64,000 bases of DNA from Camelus dromedarius. Taxonomy: Eukaryota. This document shows, one piece after another, positions 40,517 through 53,422 of the stretch. The stretch spans positions 76,262,001 through 76,326,000 of the forward strand of contig NC_087436.1 of NCBI RefSeq assembly GCF_036321535.1, given 5' to 3'. Below the pieces are notes generated by a model, which saw only the letters and a list, made by a program, of their open reading frames with translations, did no database searches and was not told where the DNA came from. The translations under genes and the position numbers were made by a program. Each line of letters starts with the position of its first letter. The first letter of the stretch is position 1.

Positions 40517-41777
40517 GGGAAGTAGAGACAGAAGGGGAAAAGGAATTGAAAAAGTGATATGAATGTAGGTTATTCTGAAGGATTTCTAATCTAGGTGAGG
40601 AGTATACAACTTAAGCCAGAAAAGCAAAATAGAATACCAGTATCAATGATGAAAGAAGAATTCAGGGTGAAGAAGTGAAAATAAATTTATGCCCTTGGCT
40701 TAGCTGAGCCCTGTCTAACATAAGACAGTGTGTACCATGTCTTGGAAAAGGTTTATAATTTACAAAGCTTGAATTCTCAGGGATAAGCCATGAATTACAG
40801 AGTATTCTAAAACCTTTACATTCTATGATAAGCCACTACTATGTTTTCTCCTGATCAAGGACAGGAACTTGTTTTTTAACGTAACTGACCAAAATGTTTT
40901 CCAATAAGAATTGTACTGGTGTACGTAATTTTAAGCTATAAATACAGGCTTCTTTCTTTATTTGCAGTGTCCGATTATTCTGGAACTACTTCTTTTCACT
41001 ACAGAAGTAAAATTCTAATCAGTAACCAAAAAATGATCTATATTTTCTCTGGACAAGGATAAGAGAGGACCTAAGACAAATTTCATAAACAATCTTTGGC
41101 TTTCCAACAGCTGACAGTTTCCTCCATTATTAGGCACTGTCATCCTAAACTGATTTTCTAACTCTGATTCTGGATTTCTATCATCAGCTGACAAATAACT
41201 ATTTCAGGTTATTTCATGAATATGAAGGGTTTCATTTTGATATGGTTGCCATCCTTATAAAGAAGGTATATGCAATTATTTAAATATTTCAAAGCAGGTG
41301 CTTCAGAGTATAACTCTAGGTATAACCTAGAATCTATGAGCTTAACTCATTAACTTAAAACAGTTGAGACAAAGATGATAATCAATTAGGCACACGTAAG
41401 CTGTGAAACTTCAGCCTTAGATATTTACTTGATATGAACTAATCTAACCCTCCTCCAATTCCCCAGTCATAAGGGAGAGAATAAAATTAAAGAACAGGTA
41501 TGAAGTGATGGAAAATACATCATGGATCGTTGCTTCTCATACTTAGCAGTACTTTACAAGGGATACACAAGCATGAGTAATTTTAAGGGACTCAAAAATC
41601 TGTATTCTCAAATTCCATATGTACATCTTCCTAGACTAATCTGCCTAAGAGCCCTTCTGTGGTGTTGGTTCTTCTTTCTCAACTTTCCTTCACATTAACC
41701 TTTCTGCCACTTCATAAAGAAAGGCGTATCTCACACTCACTGGGAATCTTACTAAGTAGGGTACACTTACTTACCAA

Positions 41778-42342
41778 TGTCAGAGCAGGCAGATAGCTAG
41801 ATATGAGCAGAGAAAGGGGGACACAGGCCAAATGGCAGGGAACTACATATCTTGTGAATAATGGGGGTCCGTGGGCAGACAGAGAAAAGCAGGAATCTCC
41901 AGACTAATAAGAGACCACACATTTTGGAGAGATAAGTGTCCTGGAGGCAAAGAAAGGTGGAAAAATGCAAGAATCTCTAGTGTCCACATGTAAACTTTTG
42001 CTTATTATGCAAAATTACAATAAAATTAGCCTTGCAGATTATAAATTCCCATCATGCAATGACGCCATGACACTTCCGATCAAGACTAAATGAAGACAAA
42101 GATCTCTCCTGTCCTTAGGAAAGTGGATCTGGGATAAAAATCATGGAATATGATCCAAAACCCCTCCTTCCCCAATAAATATTCCACCCATTCATTTTTA
42201 CACCCCATATAACCTGCATGGCAAAGAAATTCCCCTTGAGAGTGTCCTATCACTTAATATGTACTCACTTTACTTTCTTGACCTCTGTGTCTTGTCTCTG
42301 AATTCTTTCAGTGAGGAGACAAGAACCTACTCTCCAGTAACA
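41778..42342 (+). mobile_element. ERV1-class solo LTR, MER41-like, 565 bp
   Basis: TGTCAGAG...CCAGTAACA termini. 4-bp flanks CCAA/TCAA. Internal gccatgaca and aatattccaccc blocks reminiscent of MER41. Confidence 0.7.
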
Positions 42343-43984
42343 TCAAGACACAAAAATGTCTTGGATACCAAAGGAACAATTAGAAATATTTGTTTCCTAG
42401 AAGACTCTTTATATGACAGAGTCCATAATTTTTCAAAATTCTTTATAACATCTGTTATTTTAAACTTTAACTTTTGTACTTGCTTTCAGTAATAAAAGTA
42501 GGACTGTAGGACTTACCACTGCTTTAGGGCTCTAGGGATGGAAAACAGCCAGATGTTTGCTCTAATGTACTACCATATACTAAAGTTTTTCAGTATGTGA
42601 AAACTTTGGTCAATTTTTTTTTTTTTTTTTGGTGAATCTCTTTTACTCAAAATCATGCAAATGGGAAAACAAGTACAGTTTGATTCACATAATCTTATTA
42701 CATATGAATTCTTAGGTCATAGAGAACAAGAGATAAACAACTTTTATTAGAACTTTTTTCTTTTTAAATGAATACAGAGAGAGTTGATTTGCTACGTTTA
42801 CATGAACTCACTCCCTTCTACATCCCTTAAAATATTCACACACATGCACACATTCCCCATTGACAAAAAGCTGATTTTTTCTGGATGACTAGAGAGGAAA
42901 AATAAAATGATCACTGTTATATTTTGCACCAGTTTGAATTTGGGGGTAAAAAAAGCTCTGAAAGTAAAAATGTTAGCAATAACATTTCCCAGTCCTCTTT
43001 CAAATTACAATGCAGTTTTTCCTACACTGCTTCATTACACAATAACCCCAGGGGCATGAAAGTTTTTCTCCTCTATTTTGTATATGAGAAGATTGACATG
43101 CCAAAAGACATCCAGGTAGTAATAAGCCAAACTAGGACTAAAATTTAAGCCTTTGGGCTCTGAGCTCTGTGATTTCTTACTCTATGAAGCCACCGCCTGT
43201 GAAAAACTGCTCAACTTGCTAAGGGCTATGTTCTCAAAGTAAGCTTTTATAATATGCATTGAGGTGATGACCTTACTCCAGAAGTGCAAAATCTATCTTA
43301 ATCATTGTTCAGAAAGCAATATATGTATGATTTATAAAGAAAGGACATTCCCCCCCCCAGAACTTCACAAAATTTAATTCCTACGTCCATATAAGGAAAC
43401 AAGGTGTTTAAATAACCCTTCAAGTGTGCCTCAAGGAAATGATCTGTGTCTTTTAAGATTTCAAAGAGGCATTCATGTCTAGGAAAAAGCATAAGGGCTG
43501 TGATAAGTCACTCGGTCTGTTTCAGTGGTTTTCAGCCAAGTACAGTTAATGAGAAGTTCTAGTTCAGACGCCCAGATGACAATGGAATTCGAGGAGCTAA
43601 AGACGCATCAGTACAAGGGCATGTGACTCCAGACTTGCCTGGTGTGATTCTGAACTGGACATTGCAGTTTTTGAGCTTTGTGTTCTGGAAACCAATTAAG
43701 AAAACTTAAGTGGGATTTGTGAGTGTTCTCACTCTTCAAGTTACACACCACTACTGGCCAAATTGTAGCTATTGTCTGCTTGACTAGAAGTCAGAGAAAC
43801 AGAAGGATAAGATAGGGAAAAGGAGAGGGGGGTATTGATGTGGGAGGACTGGGGAAAGGATGGGTGGTCAAGTAATGACCAAAAACAATGCTTCTTAGGA
43901 CAAATTAATTTAAATCTGGAGAGCATCACCACGGGAAAAGTGCCCTTCAAATTACCTTTATGAGGAATTCAACACCTTACTAGT

Positions 43985-44152
43985 CAGTAATTTTCAGATG
44001 GCAGTATATAAAACAATCATCTGGAGGCTTGTTAAAAATACAGGCTTGTTTTGTATATCTGAGCTAGAGTCAAAGAAACTGCATCTTTAACACAGCACCC
44101 TGGGTGATTTTGATGCAGTAGGTCCATGAACTGTATTTTGAGAAAACCTGGG
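43985..44152. mobile_element. MER5A-like hAT-Charlie DNA transposon
   Basis: aatcatctggaggcttgttaaaaatacag...ctgcatctttaaca...gggtgattttgatgcag...tttgagaaaacctg. Confidence 0.75.
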
Positions 44153-44694
44153 CTAGAATTCTAATCCCCAGATGGAAAATTCCTCCTGAAATTGTTTCTT
44201 ACACCACTTCAACCCACATAAAGATCTGATGCTACAATTGTTTTAAAAAGTTTTCATTTCAAATTCTGTGTCAAATGTTCAGCATGAGAAAAATTCTTAG
44301 TGTCTAGGGTAATCTATGGACCAATGAACACAACAAATTGAGTGACAGTTCAAAAATCTCATATACTGTTCACTCGTTTGGTAGTTAAAGATGAGGAAAT
44401 ATTAACATATCAAAGCATTCTAATATAGTGGATATAATGTCAATTATTATCAAGACATCTCATGTACATATAATTTTTTTTGTTTTATACATTTTGATTA
44501 AACATATTTGGAATTTTTATTTAAATTACTAGGCCATCAACTTTGTATGACAGAATTCCAAAAAAAAAACAGGATTTCTGTGTGTATTTAAGAATGGGGT
44601 TCTGAATTATTTAGGGTCTAATCCAAACTGACCTAAAGGCTGGTCACAGGTATTTTAGACAGCTCCAGGTTTGGAGATGAGCTTTAAGATCATA

Positions 44695-44845
44695 ACTAGT
44701 CAAAGTGTGGTTCCTAGACCAGCAACATCAGCATTGTCCAGGAATTAGTTAAAAATGCAGACACTCAGGTCCCAGTGAAACAAAATCTGCGTTTTAACAT
44801 GATCCCCCAGATGGTTCATCTGCACATAAAACTTTGAGAAAACTT
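44695..44845. mobile_element. MER5A-like hAT-Charlie DNA transposon
   Basis: caaagtgtggttcctagaccagcaacatcagcatt...aatctgcgttttaacatgatcccc...actttgagaaaact. Confidence 0.8.
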
Positions 44846-46519
44846 CTTTCCAGCTATTTCAGAGGCCTGATCCTTTCCAAATTTTCCCAGCTTTGTACTA
44901 ACTTCCAGCACCACGCCCCACTTCTCCCACACATCCACACACTCCAGTATTTTTATTTAGACAGTCACCTCTTGTCCCTTGTTCTTATCTCCAAAGGGAA
45001 AATCACATAGATTCTAACTAGGTAACTCACAGACTTCATTCACAAGTTTCTATTAGCCAAAGAAAACTTTGCATCTCGATGATTAATTTTTCTGAACAAT
45101 CTGCTGACAGACCTGAGCCCACCCAGGTAGTTTCTTTAAAGCAACAAGTCAAGGAGGGGTGTGGGTCATTTTGTATAGTTAGTCCAAGGATATTCACCAT
45201 TAACTATCCTATATCCTTGCTTCAAAGCCCTGCTTTGGCCTCTCTAGGACTGTACTTGAGTAAAAAATAGTCAGTCTATTAAATTAAAAAAAGAAAAAAG
45301 AAGAATTTGCCCTATGTAAAAAGAACAATGCTATTACATAAAGCAATATCACGGGCTCCCACAATTTCGGTGTTGCCGAAAACTATTGCTGCTGCTAAAT
45401 CACCGTTATTACCCTGGAACCACTTGGGAACATGCTAATTTATGCCCAAAGCAATATTAGTATTACTGTTTATTTTACTTATCTAAGAAGGCACCGTTCA
45501 AACTAGGTAGGTTGCCATAATTCTCCCTCCTCCTGATATGAGCCTAGGGAAAAGGATATAACAGTAACAAGGAAAAGCAGCCAGCAGTTTAGTAAATAAT
45601 ACTGCAAAAGTCAGGTATCATTTCTTATTTCCAATTACTCCAATTCCTATCATCAAGTAACTAGAGACAGTAATGTGCCTGGTGCTGGAGAGCAATCATT
45701 CAGGTAAGCTGAGGCTGCTCCTTCTGTTTCTCCATCTGCTAAGCTGTTAACACGAAGACATATTGACAAGGGCTCAAGGAAAACATGGAATATTTCATCA
45801 GGAAGATTATGCTGCCCTAGAGACAGATGTTAGAAAGCTGTAATATTTAAAAATAAAGAGATAAACACATGCTTGAGGGGAAGGAATAAAATAGTTTTAG
45901 AGTTGGGAGAGAAAATTAAAAAGAAAAAAGGAAAGATGGTAAGGTAGATGAGAGGTTTATATTGGCACAGGAAACGGCAAATCCTTATTGTGTAGGAAAA
46001 AACTTTTATGTCTGCCTCAGGCAATCATTTACTATTAGGGAGGCATTCTTAGAATGTATTCTTAGAGTAGATTTGTAAGAAGAGCTTAAGCAGGGCTGAT
46101 TATGATTACAGAGAACAGATTTATCTCTTGTCATCAGATGGTTAATGTCAGGACTTTGACTTAAAACCATATACACTAGTTTTCATAAAAATTTAAACAT
46201 GAGAAATGTCATATACTATGGTAATTCACATTCAGTGAATATAAAAACAACATTAAGTAATTATAACTCTGGATTTGTCTGGTGACTTTCACTGCACTTT
46301 GTCAGAAGTGGTCAAAACACTTTGTCTTCACTTATTTTTACTGGGGAAAAAATAGTAAACAGGATTATACTGGTGGGTTATATAAATATTTACAAATGAC
46401 ATAAGCTGCCATGTATTAAGTCAACACTTAACATCTTAATATTTTAAAATAGTAGAGTCTCCTATTTTGCTATGATTTTCCCACTTTTATAAATAAAATG
46501 CAAAAAGTAGCAGTAGAAA

Positions 46520-46725
46520 AGGAAAAGGAAGTCTGGCTTTGAATTCAAAGAGACTTGCATTAGATCCTAGATATTTACTTTGCTTCTTTGAGCTTCAGGT
46601 CCCCCATTTACAAAACAGGGATAGTAATACCCACCTCCTAGGGCTGCTGAGAGAGTTCAATATATTGTTAATAAAGGCCCTAGCATCATGCCTGAAAATT
46701 ACAGGTTCTCAATAAATGGCCAGTT
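46520..46725 (+). mobile_element. MIR SINE
   Basis: ctttgagcttcaggtccccatttacaaaacagggatagtaatacccacctcctagggctgctgagag. Confidence 0.75.
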
Positions 46726-46735
46726 ATGTCACTAA

Positions 46736-46785
46736 CAAAAAAAACCAGATTGACACAAACAAGCTGATAGATATTCCAATTTAAT
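46736..46785 (-). terminator. Polyadenylation signal ATTAAA with downstream GU/U-rich element
   Basis: Minus strand reads ATTAAA ttggaatatctatca gcTTGTTTGTGTcaatctggTTTTTTTT. Confidence 0.6.
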
Positions 46786-47673
46786 TACTGGTTGTCCTTT
46801 TCTTAAAATCTCCAAGTTCTGATTGCATAGCAGAAGCCCTTCCTCACCACTTCCCCCACCGGGAAGGAGAAGGAGACAACCTCCTCAAGAATGGGGAGGA
46901 CATGACAGAGACGGGTTCCCAGAGGAAGGAAGAGAAAATCGAATATGTCTACCAGAAAAGGCAAAGGAGGAGGAGGGAGGGGGCATGAGGTCTTACTTGA
47001 TGGTCCTGCCTTCCCCCTCCAGGATGAAAACTCGGATAAATAATGGCAAAACCCAAAAGCAGAAGAGCGTCAGGAATTTGCCCTGTTCCCTGCTCAGCAT
47101 TCTAGGAAGAAACAACCTTGCAAGACAACCACACCCAACACAGAACTACTACAAACAGAATAAAAGGGCGGCATCATGTGAGCAGGCCAAGGAAGGTTCT
47201 GTGATGGCAGGCCTCAAACCTCCTTGGCTCTTGTGCAGCACGGGCTTCTGTCCACGCATTCCTTCATGATCCCTGTAGGGTATGTGGAAGGCTGAGAGTT
47301 GAGAGTGAGAAGCCACTGGCGTCACTGTGAGATGACCCCAGAGCAGATGCAGCAGAGCAGACACAGGCTAAGCCAGGGCTCAGAGGGCAGGCATGGCCGA
47401 GACACGAGGACCTGCAGTGCTGTGAGAAGTGAGAAGAGAGCAAGTGAGCAAAGAGGGCTCCGGGCTCTGACCACTCTGAAAAAATAAAATACTGGTTTAA
47501 CCATGACAGACTCTGGCAGCAGATTAACAAGGCGCTTAGTCTAGATTAGATGTATCTCCACAGAAGCCAGTGAGAACCCAGGTGGCAGCACAGAGATCCA
47601 CACACCGGTCTGGGCTTTCTCCCCTCTTTGCCATGAGAACACAGGAACTTTTCCTGACACCTAAAAGCCATTT
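46765..47673 (-). other. NAA11: Predicted non-coding terminal (3'UTR) exon of NAA11
   Basis: Begins after a strong acceptor and is a GC-richer non-repeat block. Ends ~15 nt after ATTAAA (46785-46780). Confidence 0.62.
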
Positions 47674-50600
47674 CTGCCAAGAGAAAGGGGAGGAGGGAGG
47701 ACAAGGGAATGCCGAGATCTACCCCAGAGATCCTATTTTAAACCTAAAGAAACCTTGTTACTTTTCTTGTCATCTTCAAATTCTGTCCCATCCTGCTCCA
47801 CTCAAAAAGAAATTTATTTCAGTTCTAAAGAAATGAAACGCCTTTTAGCTCTTGATAAGCTAGATGCAACGTGTCCAATTCTGTAAGTCATATTTTCTTT
47901 CCATTAGACCTAGAGATGAAACCCAAATATCCATTATGTCTCTATTCATAACTTAAAAGTGTCCTAATTACATTAGGTAATAGGAAATAGTACCTTAGGT
48001 ACATTTTCTGTTTTTAAATTCTGCATTGATAATTTGGGCAGGTCCTTCCTTCTTTTCTTTATTCAATGAATATTTACTGAGTATCTACCATGAATGAATA
48101 ATGTGCCAGGAGTTAAGGAAACAAATGAGACAAGGACCCTACCCTTAATAAGGTAGAAAGGTTTCTGTGATATGTGAGTGGACTCTAGAAGTTAAAGAAA
48201 AGCTAGTGGAGTATTGCTGCCCATTACTGAGTAACTACAAACACAACAAAACAAAACAACAACAGAATCTTACAACTATAGAGATGTATTACCTTTTCCC
48301 ATCTATCAAATGCACACAAAAATAATAAGACAAAGGTTGACTATTATGCACAGAGCAGTTAAAAAGCATTTTTGTATAAAATCGTAATTACAGAAAAGCT
48401 CATTTCCAGAATAAGAACAGTAAATCAGGCTGCAGGGCAGTCAGAGGCATAGAATAAAAAATCTTATTTTTTTTTAAAAGTATATTTGCCATAATGACAG
48501 AGCAATAAGATATGGGAGAATAGGTCAGAAAGACTATCATCATTACCTTTTTCAATTTGTTTCAAATACTTTTAAGAGAGGCACACAAAAGAAGTTAAAT
48601 AAAAAACGAACATTCTATAGTTCTTTTAGTTTTCTCAGTAAATATTGCTTGATACGTTTTAAGACATTAAATTTTAAAAAGTCAAATAACATTGTAATAA
48701 ATGTCCTAGGATAGTTTGCTGTTTAAGGGTATAGAAATTTTTCATAAAGATAAAATATGATTATAGCCCTTAATTTATTAGCTTAAGTTCAAATTTTTAC
48801 ATTACAAGGATTTTTTAAAAATAGGCAATGGCAGCCTGAGGAGTATGTTAATTGATAACATGATTTTATGAAAACAAAACAGAATTTTATGACTATCCTT
48901 TAAAAAAAAATCCCTGTGATGTTCTGAGGATATTAGTCTATAGAAATAGCATTGCAAAATGTTTCCAGAAAAGCTCTTTGAACCATTGCCATTCACAGAA
49001 TTTTTATTAGCCTTTCTTCCTTATCTCTGCTACCGTAAAGCTCCTTAGCACGGAGAGAGCACAAAATTTAGGAAAAGCCTCTGCTTTTATCCATTACCTC
49101 TGACAAAGTTGGTATTTCAGTCATCCTAAATGTGTATCATACACTGACTGAAAAGTGACATTGTTAGAGATTATAAATAATTAAATAAAATGGTATCTAT
49201 CTGATTAGTATTTCAAAACAATATTTTATCTCTTCTCAACCCCCTCTTTATCTTTGTAGAGTGCAGTTGCATTTGAAATCTATGGTTTCTGGCATATCTG
49301 GGGTAAGGTTATACTAGGAATTTACCAGACCTGTCAGTCTCTAACTGTCTTCCATATTTCATTATATCATTCCAGTTATAATTAGTTGTCTGGTAAAATT
49401 AGGAACAGTCTATTTCAGTGAATGCTCATGTGAACATTTAACAACTTTTTGTTAGGATGACAGCTTAGTGACAGAAAGAATAAACCAGAAAGGGAGAGTC
49501 ACTGAAGTAACCTTGGTTAACTCAATACTGCCAGCTCAATGGAAGATTTTAAGATTTTGCATTTTTCTCCTCTTTGTTATTAATCATCCACATATTTCTT
49601 GTCAAGAGATAAGCATCAATTTGATGGCATTCCTGCCTCAACTAGCATGTTTTGAACTGACCTGTCTTCATTGCTATGGCTCCCTAGAAACTTTGCTGCT
49701 GATGAGCGTTGATTCAGCTGAATGCTTTGACATTCAGCTTGTCAGTGAAAGCTATTTTAATCATTAAGATGCGTCTCCCTTCCAAGATTGCAAACTGTTG
49801 CTGCTTATACACAACATTCTATCATTTGATTACTGTGGAGAAGAAAAGAAAAGAGCCTGAATGGTTATTATTACTACAGATTATATAAAGAACTAGAATT
49901 TACAGAATATTTAACTGTGTATGAGATACTGTTCTAAGCAATTTATAGAGATTGTCTCATTTAATCCCTGCCATGGTGGAGTCTTGCCACCTGAGTTTGC
50001 ATCCCATTTATTATCTGAATGATATGCAGCCCTCATCTTGAAGTAACAGTACTTACTTCAGAGGAATATTAAGAGGATTAAATGAGATAATTCACACACA
50101 GTACTTAGAATAGTACCTATAACCTAGAATTCTCATAGTGCTATTAGTGATTATTACTATTTTGATGTGAGAAATTAGCTGTTATTATATTAAGTTACTG
50201 AGATTTGGAGGTTAATTTTTAGAACAATTAGCCTATGCATACTAATATTCTTGCTACCAACATGGCCCAAACATGGCAGTGGGCATCCCAGACCTGAAGA
50301 GGACTTTGACTGGAAATGACCCAGAAGGGAATAGTGAGGACCAAAGATTAGATGGGGCTAATGAAGATGTCTGAGCAGATATCACACCAGAAGGACAGTG
50401 ATGTTAAGTAAATATCTCCTTCATCTTAGAAATAAACTTCAATTACAGTGACAGAAAGAAACATTTGAATTATTCCTGAATTTGGACACTCAGATTTATA
50501 ACTGCCACAGAATAATTTTCTTACTATTATTTATTATTTCTCTTCCCCTACTAGGGTGATAGTTATTTCTGTTTCTCATAGCAGATATTAAGTGCTTTTG

Positions 50601-52714
50601 AATTCATCAAATTATATATGTAATATACCAAACTATATAAATACAGTGTTAAAACAATCTCTAGTTAGCTCTGTTCTACTTAAAATCTTTCTCAGGTAGA
50701 GTGTAGTAACTGAGGAGAAGCCAATAACCACAAAGATGAGATCAATATTACACAACTCATTCTATACAGATATTTTTTAAATTGATAAATTTTTTAAAGG
50801 CTTGTTCATTAAAAAAAAAAAAAAAAGTCTTGATAGAGCCCTCCAGGATTTTTAGGCAGGGGTAAATTTGACAACACTTCTCTCAAGGCATTAAGTTTTG
50901 TTTAATTTTATCTTCCCTTTTAGACTGATTTGCTGCCTTTGTCTTAAGCTTCGACCAAATGAATTGGTCACTGTGAAACCTTCAGGTTGTTAAATGACAG
51001 ATGCAAAGAAGGATTCCTCTGAAGATACGCTCTTTCTAACCTTCATGAACTTACTGTATCTAAATTTTTATAATGTATGGAACCATAAGTGAATAAAAGT
51101 AAAATGGGATTAGTCTGCTATACAGATGAGGTTTCAGCATCAAAATGTACGAAAAATATAGTCCATTTACCCTTAAATGCTATAATGTAAACGTCAGCCT
51201 GTCCTAATCACTGGAGTATACTAAGCTCCAAGCCAGGCAAATACAAAATTTTATGAATGAGTAAATTAATCAAACAGTAATTATTTTAATTATATGCAGT
51301 GTGTGTCACTCATGATTCATCTTTGTTATGAGAAAGTTGTTGCTTTTTTCACATGTGAGTGTAAGGTGAGTAGGTTTAGAATTTAAAGTTTCTAAATTGA
51401 CTCTTGAAATTCTGAAGGTGTTATAAAGTTCTTAGATGGAAATTAAATAGTCTTTTAAAACTACTTTTCAGTGGCTGCTTAGTATTAGTGTTACTGTGTA
51501 GTAGGAAGAACAGTAATTGTTTTTTGACTTTCCATGTTGATTTTTCACATTTAAGAGTGAAGAATAGTATAATGAACCCCTCAAGTACCCAACTTCAACA
51601 ATTATTACATATTGCCATTCTTATTTTATCTATGTCCCCCTTCCCAACCTCTCCCCGCCCCCCTGTTTTTTGGCTGGAGTATTTTAAAGTAAATCCTAGG
51701 CCTCGTATTATTTCAACCAATTATTTCAATATGTATCTCTAACAGATAAGGACTTGAACATAATACTACAACACCATTTAGCTCACCTAACAAAATTATT
51801 AACAGTTCCTTAATAGCATACAGTCCACGTTCAGATTATGCCTGGTCATCTCAAAATGTATTATATTTGGTTTTTTTAAATCAAGATCCAAACAGTGTCC
51901 ACAATGGTTGTATTTGGTTAATATATCTCTAAACGTGGTTTTAATAGATAAATTCCTCCTCCCATTTTTAAAAATGACGTTTATTTGTTGAAGAAACCAG
52001 GTCATTTGTTCCGTTCAAATTCTCTCATCTGGATTTGGCTAATTGTAGCTTAACATGTCTCTCTCTTTTTTTTTTTTTTTTTTTTAAATAAAAATGATAG
52101 ATCTAGAGCTTTGTTTGGATTCGAGATGAATTTTATACACGCACACATACATAAGATTTTCTTTTTGCAAGAATATTTCATAAGTGACCCTGTGCACTTC
52201 CAATTGCATTAGGAGGCACATATTTGTCTCTCTTATCATGATGTTGAACATTGACTTCAGATGTTGCCAGTCTGATCCATCATTGCAAAGTGCTCCAACT
52301 TTTCACCTATTAGCCACTGATGACAACTGGCTAGATCTATTATTTCATCAAGAGTTGCAAAATGGCAATTTTACAATTCAATCATTCTTTCTGCCTTTAT
52401 TAGCTGTCATTCTATAAAGAAGAAATTTCTTTCATTAATTATGTGGATACCTGAAATAAAATTCATACCGAAAAGACAGGATAAATACTTGTTTCTTTAC
52501 TGAATTTAATCTACTTTCAGTATTGAGTCCTTATAACTTCCAATACTGAGCAATGAGTTTCCCCCAACCCACTCTACACTCCTCCCGAATGTCAACAGGT
52601 GGTTTTCACAGTGAAACCTAGCAGAGCTAGAATGGGATAGAATAGGGCCGACCCAGGTGTGGTGCAGGAATTTAGGGGAGAAAGAGACTGGGTCAGGGAA
52701 GGGAGAAGGCATAC
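47674..52714 (-). other. NAA11: Predicted 3'UTR intron of NAA11 (~5.0 kb)
   Basis: Donor AAG|GTATGC 12 nt after TAG (G of GT at 52714). Acceptor TTCCCTTGTCCTCCCTCCTCCCCTTTCTCTTGGCAG| ending at 47674. Confidence 0.7.
51540..52500 (-). mobile_element. L1MC-like 3' region (inside predicted NAA11 intron)
   Basis: gaatagtataatgaaccc...atttcaatatgtatctctaacagataaggac...gaagaaaccaggtcatttg...gaaaagacaggataaatactt. Confidence 0.75.
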
Positions 52715-52726
52715 CTTAAGCAGGTT

Positions 52727-53422
52727 CTAGGAGGTGGAATCTGAGTCTTCTGAGCTGTCCTGGACGTACGTGCTTTCCGTGGACTCACTGGGTTCCTTGC
52801 TGTCAGTGCCACTGTCGTCAGCAGCCGCGTTCTTCTCCTCCCAACAGGCCTCTTTGGAACCAGGAAGTATGCTGCCCTGGGTCTCCTGGTTCTTCCCGGA
52901 GCCCGGCACCAAGTACCTGCCCTTCCCCTTCAGCTCCAGCTGCCTCCTCAGCTCATCTGCCATCTGCGAGAGATCCCGCTTCATAGCGTAAGCATCTTCT
53001 CCATCTGCGTAATATTTGGGTTCCACCTCACTAATCTGAAAGTTGAGGGTGTTAGAATAGAGGTGCAGGGCTGCCCGGTTACTCTTCCTGACATGCAGGG
53101 ACACGTACTTGGCACTAAAGTTCTCTATCATGGCCCGGGAGGCCTGGTCCATCAGCTTTTGGGCCAGGCCGAGGCGCCGGTGTGAACGCTTCACGGCAAG
53201 CGAGGTGATATGTCCGTGGGGGACGTCATCTGGGTCCTCCTCCATTTTGGCCAGGACGTAACCCACCATCTTCCCGTCCTCGGCCTCAGCGATGTAGGAG
53301 AGCTGGGGCCAGGAAAGGCCATGGTAGAAATAGTATTTCATCTGGTAGTTCTCGGGAAGGCAGAGGAGGTTGCAGTGTTGCATGTTCATCAGGTCGTCTG
53401 GCCGAGCATTGCGGATGTTCAT
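52727..53422 (-). CDS. NAA11: N-alpha-acetyltransferase 11 (NatA catalytic subunit paralog ARD1B), single-exon CDS retrogene, 231 aa
   Basis: ATG at 53422 in CCGCCATTATG context. [31 protein letters not shown]... GNAT fold with acetyl-CoA motif RRLGLA (82-87) and E24, S37, K136 retained. NAA11-type residues (PDDL, RDLSQM, QETQGS, DSKEP, VQDSSE.SDSTS) rather than NAA10-type. No introns, frameshifts or stops; TAG at 52727-52729. Confidence 0.96.
   Translation of the reverse strand: MNIRNARPDDLMNMQHCNLLCLPENYQMKYYFYHGLSWPQLSYIAEAEDGKMVGYVLAKMEEDPDDVPHGHITSLAVKRSHRRLGLAQKLMDQASRAMIENFSAKYVSLHVRKSNRAALHLYSNTLNFQISEVEPKYYADGEDAYAMKRDLSQMADELRRQLELKGKGRYLVPGSGKNQETQGSILPGSKEACWEEKNAAADDSGTDSKEPSESTESTYVQDSSEDSDSTS

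Noticed and set aside
46823..47530. Cluster of ORFs of 60-148 aa
   Set aside because: GC-richer block better explained as the NAA11 3'UTR exon; low-complexity translations with no domain.
49043..49062. REST/NRSE-like TTAGCACGGAGAG
   Set aside because: Half-site spacing and sequence deviate from the canonical 21-bp RE1.
52540..52714. Search for the original poly(A) tail and TSD of the NAA11 retrocopy
   Set aside because: None recognisable, consistent with an ancient insertion, so no boundary can be claimed.
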